Shown one piece after another: positions 26,757 through 32,740 of a DNA stretch of 63,491 nt; position 1 is the first letter of the stretch; each line of letters opens with the position of its first letter. Source of the stretch: Patescibacteria group bacterium (lineage in GTDB: Bacteria; Patescibacteriota; UBA1384; JBBRAU01); the NCBI GenBank assembly GCA_038206475.1, contig JBBRAU010000004.1, positions 1-63,491 of the forward strand, given 5' to 3'. The notes beneath the pieces were generated by a model. It was not told where the DNA came from. It saw only the letters and a program-made list of their open reading frames with translations, and made no database searches. The position numbers and the translations under genes are program-made.

Positions 26757-26830
26757 TGGCAGGCCCTGAGCGAATCGAACGCCCGACCGTGGTTTTGGAG
26801 ACCACTGTTTTGCCACTAAACTAAGGGCCC
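26757..26830 (-). tRNA. trnW: tRNA-Trp (anticodon CCA), CCA end encoded
   Basis: Cloverleaf read by hand: GGGCCCT/AGGGCCT acceptor, D arm GTTT..AAAC, anticodon stem GTGGT/ACCAC with loop CTCCAAA, T arm GGGCG TTCGATT CGCTC, discriminator G plus CCA. 74 nt. Confidence 0.9.
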
Positions 26831-26894
26831 GCACTTCATTCGGCCCTTTTTAGTCGCTTACGCGCCTAATAGGGGCCCGCACTTCATTTGGCCC
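26825..26894 (-). repeat. 48-nt-period duplication of the tRNA-Trp 5' end plus leader hairpin
   Basis: gggcccgcacttcattcggccc (26825-26846) and gggcccgcacttcatttggccc (26873-26894) match at 21 of 22 positions. The first copy includes nt 1-6 of the tRNA. Confidence 0.8.
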
Positions 26895-27004
26895 TTGCCA
26901 CTCACTACATGCTTATGATAAGGACTACGCGTACACAGTAGCATATTTTAGCTATTTCTGACATCAAAATGCCGGTGGTAACCGGCATTTTCCCGCTTTA
27001 AACC

Positions 27005-27199
27005 TTAGCGCTTTTGCGCTTGTGGTTTAGTGTTCGGCATTTTTTTCTCGTCGTGCTTGGTTAGCGCGTGATCGTGTTTACAGTACTTATCGCGGGAGAG
27101 TTTACCTTCCACGTTCCTTGTCTTGGGGACAAAGTAGTTGGTGCTGTTACACGTTGCGCAAACAAGCATGACGAGCGTGGCGCCTTTACCTTTAGCCAT
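27005..27199 (-). CDS. rpmG: 50S ribosomal protein L33
   Basis: MAKGKGATLVMLVCATCNSTNYFVPKTRN...KYCKHDHALTKH matches the L33 pattern. SD AAGGAG. Embedded in the tRNA cluster, as in many bacteria. Confidence 0.85.
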   Translation of the reverse strand: MAKGKGATLVMLVCATCNSTNYFVPKTRNVEGKLSRDKYCKHDHALTKHDEKKMPNTKPQAQKR

Positions 27200-27233
27200 A
27201 TAGCTCCTTGCTGCTTCTAAACATAAATAACGA

Positions 27234-27309
27234 TGGAGCTGAAGACGGGGATCAAACCCGTGACCTCGCCCTTACCAAGGGCGTGCTCTATCAACTGAGC
27301 TACTTCAGC
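27234..27309 (-). tRNA. trnT: tRNA-Thr (anticodon GGT), CCA end encoded
   Basis: GCTGAAG TA GCTC AGTTGATA GAGC A CGCCC TTGGTAA GGGCG AGGTC ACGGG TTTGATC CCCGT CTTCAGC T CCA. 76 nt. Confidence 0.9.
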
Positions 27310-27469
27310 GAACGCAGTGAGCTGAGGCAAGGTTCTGACGCAACGCGGCAGGTTCTTACTTCAGCGAACGCAGTGAGCTGAGGCAAGGTTCTGCTCTGCA
27401 AGAGCAGGTTCTTACTTCAGCACGAATGAAATGAGTGCGAAAGAAACGTTCTCATGCAGCGCATGAGGT
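27301..27469 (-). repeat. tandem array (period 56 nt, 3 units) reiterating the tRNA-Thr(GGT) 5' end with structured spacers
   Basis: 27301-27337 and 27357-27393 are identical at 37 of 37 positions (tacttcagcgaacgcagtgagctgaggcaaggttctg). A third, diverged unit starts at 27413. Each unit carries a 7-bp stem / 3-nt loop hairpin at 27335-51, 27391-407 and 27451-67, each with a different stem sequence. Confidence 0.85.
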
Positions 27470-27525
27470 GGTTATTCAGTCTGTATAAGGTCACGAGCTC
27501 CGCTTATCAAATGAGCTACTCACCC
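27470..27525 (-). pseudogene. decayed tRNA 5' half (tRNA-like fragment)
   Basis: The minus strand reads GGGTGAGTAGCTCATTTGATAAGCGGAGC. It shares GTAGCTCA(G/T)TTGATA with tRNA-Thr(GGT), but no anticodon arm, T arm or 3' acceptor strand follows. Confidence 0.4.
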
Positions 27526-27573
27526 TCTCCTTTGTACGGCATTTTAACCTTTTTGTCGAGAATCGCTTATGTT

Positions 27574-27593
27574 TGGTGGGCCGGGGAAGAACC
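27574..27593 (-). repeat. partial second copy of the tRNA-Tyr 3' end
   Basis: tggtgggccggg at 27574-27585 is identical to 27666-27677 (the complement of tRNA-Tyr nt 75-86). It then reads gaagaacc versus taggattcgaacc in the real gene. Confidence 0.7.
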
Positions 27594-27631
27594 TCTTGCT
27601 TCACTCGAGAACCTTGCTAGTCTGCACAGAA

Positions 27632-27662
27632 GAAAATACCCGAGCTTGGCTCGGGTATTTTC
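27632..27662 (-). terminator. intrinsic terminator after tRNA-Tyr
   Basis: 14-bp perfect stem gaaaatacccgagc/gctcgggtattttc with a 3-nt loop, beginning 4 nt after the tRNA-Tyr 3' end. T-rich 3' side on the minus strand. Confidence 0.7.
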
Positions 27663-27665
27663 TTC

Positions 27666-27751
27666 TGGTGGGCCGGGTAGGATTCGAACCTACGAAGCCG
27701 AATGGCAACAGATTTACAGTCTGCTCTCGTTGACCACTTGAGTACCGACCC
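27666..27751 (-). tRNA. trnY: tRNA-Tyr (anticodon GTA), long variable arm, CCA encoded
   Basis: GGGTCGG...GACTGTAAATC...long variable arm TGCCATTCGGCT...GGTTCGAATCC...CCGGCCCACCA. 86 nt, a class II tRNA as expected for bacterial Tyr. Confidence 0.9.
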
Positions 27752-27762
27752 TTAACATGTTC

Positions 27763-27838
27763 TGGAGCCGCCTCGCGGATTTGAACCGCGGACCTTTTCT
27801 TTACGAAAGAACTGCTCTACCACTGAGCTAAGGCGGCC
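27763..27838 (-). tRNA. trnT: tRNA-Thr (anticodon CGT), CCA encoded
   Basis: GGCCGCC TTA GCTC AGTGGTA GAGC A GTTCT TTCGTAA AGAAA AGGTC CGCGG TTCAAAT CCGCG AGGCGGC T CCA. 76 nt, 11 nt upstream of tRNA-Tyr. Confidence 0.9.
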
Positions 27839-28030
27839 TCACTTCGTTCGGCCTCTTGCCACTCGCTACGCTCGTGGTAAGGCGGCTCATTATACTCGCC
27901 TACCTTTTCTCTCGCGTTGATCGAGATAAGGCGGCGCGTTGTTTCACTGGTGTGCCTTTTTGCTCCCTACGGTTGCAATAACGCGGCATGTTTCAATCGC
28001 GTTAAACCAGCTCGGCATGCCTTAAACTAG
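27829..28030 (-). repeat. tandem array (period 49-52 nt, 4 units) reiterating the tRNA-Thr(CGT) 5' end
   Basis: Units start with taaggcggc at 27829, 27878 and 27927, and with taacgcggc at 27979. The first overlaps tRNA nt 2-10. Each unit folds into a hairpin whose stem differs between units. Confidence 0.7.
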
Positions 28031-28053
28031 CATAAAAAGGTCATTTATTAAAG

Positions 28054-28764
28054 TTACTTCCCTATCCGCTTCGTCAGCGTTTTGTGCTGTTCGTCTTTTT
28101 GCTTAGCCTCATCTAACAGCTCTTTCATCTCGGCGTTGCCCGGCTCAAGCGCTACAGCCCGGCGCAGCGCAGAGACAGCCCGGCCGTACTGGCGCAGCGT
28201 TAAGTAGCAAACGCCCAAATTGGCGTAGCGCAGCGCATTCTTGCTACCACCCTCCAGCGACAATTCGAAGTAGCAGGCAGCCTCAGTGTAGTGGTTGGTT
28301 TTAAATAAGGCCAAGCCTAGATTATGGGCCAAGTAGCTGTTTTCCGGATCGAGCTTAAAGGCTGCCTGAAACGCCTCGAGCGCATCAGCATATTCGTGCG
28401 TTTCATCGAGGTAAATGATGCCGAGCCGATTGAGGGCATGGACACTGTGCGGGTCAGAGGAGGCGGCTTTTAAGTAGCGACGCTCGGCCAAAGCAATCTT
28501 GCCCTCGTCAAACAGACGGTCGGCGTCATCAAGCAGTGCCTGCACCTCCGATGCGACCGGCTTGCCCGGCGGTGACTGCAGCAGCTCAGCAGCGTCTTCA
28601 ATACTGGCCTCTTCATTTAGAATTGGCGGTTTCACTTCAGCTGGCGACGCCTGTTTTGGCGGACGCGGCATCGGCAAAGTAGGCGTTGACCGGCTTGAGC
28701 GGCGAGTACTCCACCAGAAGGCAGTGACTAAGAGCGCCAGAAAACCAACTTCAAGCATAGTCAT
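28054..28764 (-). CDS. membrane-anchored TPR repeat protein
   Basis: N-terminal TM (VGFLALLVTAFWW) and a C-terminal run of TPR-like repeats (AERRYLKAASSDP..., ALEAFQAAFKLDP..., AVSALRRAVALEP...). Confidence 0.75.
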   Translation of the reverse strand: MTMLEVGFLALLVTAFWWSTRRSSRSTPTLPMPRPPKQASPAEVKPPILNEEASIEDAAELLQSPPGKPVASEVQALLDDADRLFDEGKIALAERRYLKAASSDPHSVHALNRLGIIYLDETHEYADALEAFQAAFKLDPENSYLAHNLGLALFKTNHYTEAACYFELSLEGGSKNALRYANLGVCYLTLRQYGRAVSALRRAVALEPGNAEMKELLDEAKQKDEQHKTLTKRIGK

Positions 28765-29434
28765 GATGAGTCTGTAGAATGACGGCTAACTGCTCGGCTT
28801 GCAGTCGTTTTGAGGCGGTGCTGCCAGCGGCTCGCCAAGCGTGCAGCAGCGCTGTGAGCACCTGCGGACGCAGAACCGTCTCTTGCCGCGCAACTTCAAG
28901 CATCTGCTGGAGGAGTTGGCGGTAATCATCACGGCCGGCTAGCTCGGCAGCCGCTTGAAAGGCCGCTGACAGCGGGGGCTGCTGCAGCGCTTGCCAGTAG
29001 TGCTTTGTGTCAGTCGTCTCGGTCTCATTTGCCTGATTGTAGATAACCCGCAACCTCGACAAGGTTGTCGGCAGCAAATCCAGTCGCGGCGTGGTTAGTA
29101 AAAACCGGGTGTTCTTCGCCGGCTCTTCTAACGTCTTCAAAAAAGCCTGCTCAGCTTCTGGTAGCAAATCTGCGGCGTTATCAATTATGCCCAAACGAAA
29201 AGGGCTTGTAAGCGGCCTCAATGCCGCTTGGCTGATGAACTGGCGCATGGCGGCAATATTTACTTCGAGCAGCTGAAAGCGATCGACAAGAGCGACGCCG
29301 AGCGCATCGGCCACAGCGGCCGTGTCCAGTCCGGCGCCAACCACACAATAGGCATGGTGTAGCCGACCGGCCGCAAGGTCGGCCTGGAGCCGTTCAATGA
29401 CGCGAGAACTATCTGCCATCTCACTCCCGAACAT
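28751..29434 (-). CDS. holB: DNA polymerase III delta-prime-like (clamp-loader) protein, short and without P-loop
   Basis: RLHHAYCVVGAG and FLKTLEEPAKNTRFLLTT match HolB signature regions. There is no GxxGxGK(T/S), and the protein is only 227 aa. Confidence 0.55.
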   Translation of the reverse strand: MFGSEMADSSRVIERLQADLAAGRLHHAYCVVGAGLDTAAVADALGVALVDRFQLLEVNIAAMRQFISQAALRPLTSPFRLGIIDNAADLLPEAEQAFLKTLEEPAKNTRFLLTTPRLDLLPTTLSRLRVIYNQANETETTDTKHYWQALQQPPLSAAFQAAAELAGRDDYRQLLQQMLEVARQETVLRPQVLTALLHAWRAAGSTASKRLQAEQLAVILQTHHDYA

Positions 29435-29459
29435 ACGGCAGTTCTGTTATATTGACCAT

Positions 29460-29867
29460 ATGATAGACGACACAAACTCTAGCGCCGTCAACATGGAAAT
29501 AGCGGCCGAGGGTCCTTTGGTTGACCAAACGCTCGAGTGCCGCGACTGTGGCGACCTTTTTTTGTTTACCGCCGTCGAGCAGGCACACTACCGGGAGAAG
29601 GGATTAAAACATGCCCCCAGCCGCTGTCCGAGCTGCCGCAAAAAAAATCGCGAAGCGGTTCAGGCGACGATGGTCCAGGTTGACTGCCGCCGCTGCGGCC
29701 GACGCGGCTTCATCCCACACGTACCGGACGGCAGTATTGATGCGCTCTGCGAGTCATGTTTATTGGCGATCAAACAAAAAGTCGGCGTCTCTCCCGAGCC
29801 CGCCGACTGGTCACAGTTACAAGCACTAAATCCGCCTGCGGAGACAAACAGAGTCTCCTCGCAATAG
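29460..29867 (+). CDS. zinc-ribbon domain protein
   Basis: Start set to the ATG at 29460 (MIDDTN). CRDCGDLFLFTAVEQAHYREKGLKHAPSRCPSCRKK resembles the zinc-ribbon family that has the EQxFY motif. A second CxxC...CxxC follows. Confidence 0.6.
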   Translation: MIDDTNSSAVNMEIAAEGPLVDQTLECRDCGDLFLFTAVEQAHYREKGLKHAPSRCPSCRKKNREAVQATMVQVDCRRCGRRGFIPHVPDGSIDALCESCLLAIKQKVGVSPEPADWSQLQALNPPAETNRVSSQ

Positions 29868-30059
29868 CTAGGCTACGGTGGGATGTGCGGACAGCTCCGC
29901 CAGTTGCAGCCGGCTAACCGTACGACGACAACTTGAACAAAGCATCATGCCGCTGGCGCGCTGCAAGTTTGGCTTGACGCGCGTAATGGTGCGATGCTGC
30001 GAGTGCGGACGGTTAAATTTTTTTTGCGCTGATTTCAGGCAGAGTGTGCAGATAGCCAT
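29868..30059 (-). CDS. rpmB: 50S ribosomal protein L28
   Basis: MAICTLCLKSAQKKFNRPHSQHRTITRVKPNLQRASGMMLCSSCRRT fits L28. Start moved to the ATG at 30059 within track ORF 29868..30125. Confidence 0.85.
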   Translation of the reverse strand: MAICTLCLKSAQKKFNRPHSQHRTITRVKPNLQRASGMMLCSSCRRTVSRLQLAELSAHPTVA

Positions 30060-30210
30060 GGCGATTCCTTCTATTTTTTGATGTAGACTGAGAGCTAGGT
30101 GATTATCGCCGAAGGCAATGTTCACATAGGACTCCTTTTAATTACGTCAGTCTTCACATATTGTATGGAAAATTGGCCTTCCGGTCAAGCAATCAACTCA
30201 CAAGGAGCCC

Positions 30211-30837
30211 ATGGGTCTGCTCGCAACATTTTTGGCCAATCCCACCGCCGGCATTACGATTGCCCTGGGTTTAGTTATTTCGCTGTCCGTACACGAATTT
30301 GCTCATGCCTATGCGGCACACAAGCTGGGTGACAACACGGCCGAGCATCTTGGTCGCCTGACACTTAACCCATTGGCTCACCTTGACCCAGTGGGTACGA
30401 TCGCCTTGCTACTGCTGGGCTTTGGGTGGGGCAAGCCAGTACCGTATGATCCGCGCAACTTAAAACGCCAAAGTGATCCAATTGTGATCGCTTTGGCTGG
30501 GCCGTTGTCCAATATTCTGATCGCCGCCTTGATGGGGCTGGCTCTGCGCCTGGTCTTAATAAACCCGACGCTTCTAAACGGACCGGCGCCGACCATTTTG
30601 ATTACCGTCGCCTCAATTAACCTATTTTTGGCCGTTTTTAATCTGATCCCTATACCACCCTTGGACGGCAGCCGCATTTTGTCGGTCTTTTTGTCCGTTC
30701 GGCAACAGTTGCAGCTTGAACAGTACGGCTTTGTTTTACTACTCGCGCTGGTTTTTTTCGGCCAGAATCTACTGCAAGGTGTCCTCGGACCGATTGTGGC
30801 CGCGCTTGGCCGCTTGGTTGGTGTCCCGGGCCTCTAG
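30211..30837 (+). CDS. site-2 protease family (peptidase M50) membrane metalloprotease
   Basis: HEFAHAYAAH (HExxH) lies in the first TM region. Polytopic, with the downstream NLIPIPPLDG motif. Confidence 0.85.
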   Translation: MGLLATFLANPTAGITIALGLVISLSVHEFAHAYAAHKLGDNTAEHLGRLTLNPLAHLDPVGTIALLLLGFGWGKPVPYDPRNLKRQSDPIVIALAGPLSNILIAALMGLALRLVLINPTLLNGPAPTILITVASINLFLAVFNLIPIPPLDGSRILSVFLSVRQQLQLEQYGFVLLLALVFFGQNLLQGVLGPIVAALGRLVGVPGL

Positions 30838-31974
30838 GGACTTCCGCTCCAAGTACTGCCGATTTTGCAGCTTCTCTGGCAGATAGCTCTTTTGGTCATA
30901 TTTGTTGTAGCCCCGACCATAGCCCAACTCTTTCATTAGTTTGGTTGGCGCATTGCGAATGTGCAGCGGAATCGGCAAATTGCCGTGTTTTTTGACGTCG
31001 GCCTGGGCTGCCCGCAAAGCGTCATATGCCCGACGGTCTTTTTTGGCTTCCGCTAAATAGGCGACACCATGAGCCAGGTTTATCGCGCACTCCGGATAAC
31101 CTATTATTTCGACCGCCCGGAAAACGTCGTTGGCCACCACCAGCGCCGTCGGCTGGGCCAGACCAATATCTTCAGAAGCAAAAATAACCATCCGGCGGGC
31201 AATAAACTTTGGATCTTCCCCCGACTCGACCAAGCGTGCCAAGTAGTACAGCGCCGCATCCGGTTGGCTGGCCCGCATGCTCTTGATGAAGGCGGAGATG
31301 GTATTGTAGTGCTCCTCGCCTTTCTTATCAAACCGCAGGGTCGAAGATTGCAGCGTTTGGGTCAAAGTCGCCACAGTTACGTTGTCATACAATTTGACAG
31401 TATTTTCTATCATGGTTATTAATTGTCTGGCGTCACCATTGGCCATCTGCACCAGCCAGTCGGCGGCTGCCGGTTCAAGCGCAACACCGGTGCGGGCAAT
31501 AATTTGCATTATTTCCGGCTCATGCAGTTCAGAGAGCGTAAATATGCGACAGCGCGAAAGCAGCGCCGGGATAACCTCAAAGCTCGGATTCTCAGTAGTG
31601 GCGCCAATTAAGTTTAGGCGACCCTGCTCAACATAGGGCAACAAAAAATCCTGCTGGGCTTTGTTGAAGCGGTGAATCTCATCCAAGAACAAGATGAGCG
31701 GCCGTTGGTCTAGCCGCGGCGTTTCAACCAGCTTGCGGATATCCTCCTTGCCAGCCGAGACAGCCGACAGCTCCACTAAATCGCCATTCATGGCTGTGGC
31801 GTAGATGCGCGCCAGGGTAGTTTTGCCAACGCCCGACGGCCCCCACAAAATAAAGGAGAAGAGATGCTTTTGCTCAATCGCAACTCGGAGCGGGCCGCTT
31901 GGACCAACTAAATGCGTTTGGCCGGCAAACTCCTCAAGCGAGGTTGGCCGCATTCTGGCGGCTAGTGGCTCCAT
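30769..31974 (-). CDS. rarA: replication-associated recombination protein A (AAA+ ATPase)
   Basis: MRPTSLEEFAGQTHLVG, Walker A GPSGVGKTT, Walker B LFLDEIHRFNKAQQD and the MgsA C-terminal domain (ISAFIKSMRASQPDAALYYLARL). Confidence 0.9.
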   Translation of the reverse strand: MEPLAARMRPTSLEEFAGQTHLVGPSGPLRVAIEQKHLFSFILWGPSGVGKTTLARIYATAMNGDLVELSAVSAGKEDIRKLVETPRLDQRPLILFLDEIHRFNKAQQDFLLPYVEQGRLNLIGATTENPSFEVIPALLSRCRIFTLSELHEPEIMQIIARTGVALEPAAADWLVQMANGDARQLITMIENTVKLYDNVTVATLTQTLQSSTLRFDKKGEEHYNTISAFIKSMRASQPDAALYYLARLVESGEDPKFIARRMVIFASEDIGLAQPTALVVANDVFRAVEIIGYPECAINLAHGVAYLAEAKKDRRAYDALRAAQADVKKHGNLPIPLHIRNAPTKLMKELGYGRGYNKYDQKSYLPEKLQNRQYLERKSLEARDTNQAAKRGHNRSEDTLQ

Positions 31975-32011
31975 CCGTTTAGTCTAGCATAAACCGAACA
32001 GATGCCATAAG

Positions 32012-32032
32012 AAAACCCGGCGCTCGGCCGGG
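32012..32032 (-). terminator. intrinsic terminator downstream of tRNA-Pro
   Basis: The minus strand reads CCCGGC cgagc GCCGGG followed by TTTTCTTAT. Confidence 0.5.
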
Positions 32033-32100
32033 CTGCCTTATTTGACGGACATAGCCCTGAAGACCGGGAAGACATTCAGGGCACAGAAGTGGTTAATTTT

Positions 32101-32176
32101 TGGTCGGGGTGGTGAGACTTGAACTCACGACCACCGGACCCCCAGCCCGGTGCGCTACCAACTGCGCCACACCCCG
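32101..32176 (-). tRNA. trnP: tRNA-Pro (anticodon GGG), CCA encoded
   Basis: CGGGGTG TG GCGC AGTTGGTA GCGC A CCGGG CTGGGGG TCCGG TGGTC GTGAG TTCAAGT CTCAC CACCCCG A CCA. 76 nt. Confidence 0.9.
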
Positions 32177-32397
32177 TCCGATTCAGCAGCCATGCGAAGC
32201 ATGGTGGCTGGAGCGGAATGGATGGAGGAGCGTGATTGGCAACGTTCTGGCCGCAGGCCAGGTTGTTACCAACTGCGCCACACCCCGCACCACACAACTG
32301 GTCCACACAGTGGGCCGGTTGGGCGGTGTAGAACGTGCGCATGTTGGCAAGGTTACCGAACGAAGTGAGGTGTTCTTACCAACTGCGCCACACCCCG
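32156..32397 (-). repeat. three perfect copies of the first 21 nt of tRNA-Pro at about 110-nt period
   Basis: taccaactgcgccacaccccg occurs at 32156-32176 (inside the gene), 32267-32287 and 32377-32397. The intervening sequence is diverged but keeps a GGCAA(G/C)GTT-hairpin-GTTNT module. Confidence 0.85.
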
Positions 32398-32711
32398 ACA
32401 ACTTTCGTCTGCTTCCGAAGGGCCGGGCGGAAGGTGCTGATCGTGGCAAAGTTGGCAAGGTTTTCGAGCGGAGCGAGAAATCCTCGTATGGACATCGCTT
32501 CGCCTTATCCCCGCCCCGGAAAATTGGCGTTCAAACACCAAGTGGGTGCCCGCAGCCGACAGACCACGGTCCGCCGGCAATCTAGAGCGTTGTTTTAACG
32601 CACCGAAGTGGAAAAACAGCGCCGGTCAGAGACCTGCTCCCATAAATAAAAGTAGAACCCAATTTTCCGAGTGCGAGGTACGCTTACATTAGCACATTTT
32701 CATCGAAATTA

Positions 32712-32740
32712 CTGCGCTAGTAAGCGTCTGACTAGCGCAG
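32712..32740 (-). terminator. hairpin overlapping the stop codon of the NurA-like gene (weak terminator candidate)
   Basis: 10-bp perfect stem ctgcgctagt/actagcgcag with a 9-nt loop. The TAG stop (32732-32734) lies inside the stem. Only a short T-rich tail follows. Confidence 0.35.

Noticed and set aside
27005-27199. The L33 C-terminal extension and its degenerate second zinc knuckle (CKHDH instead of CxxC), as something unusual.
   Set aside because: Both zinc-binding (C+) and non-zinc (C-) forms of L33 are well known, and short basic tails are common in ribosomal proteins of small genomes.
26757-28030. The tandem repeats around the tRNA genes (also 32156-32480) could be a CRISPR array.
   Set aside because: Units are contiguous and have no unique spacers of uniform length. 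Repeat identity decays with distance from the tRNA. The repeats contain pieces of the adjacent tRNA. No cas genes are present in the window.
30769-30837. A 69-nt convergent overlap between the M50 protease and rarA 3' ends, as a possible antisense regulatory arrangement.
   Set aside because: Both C-terminal tails are non-conserved extensions, and either stop could be fortuitous. There is no structure or motif in the overlap. This is most likely a neutral tail-to-tail overlap in a compact genome.
32076-32598. Track ORFs covering the tRNA-Pro region (32100..32585, 32183..32458, 32335..32598 and others), and 27454..27741 and 26614..26805 over the other tRNAs.
   Set aside because: They run through tRNA genes and the structured repeats. 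They have no SD or family similarity, and several mutually overlap in different frames.
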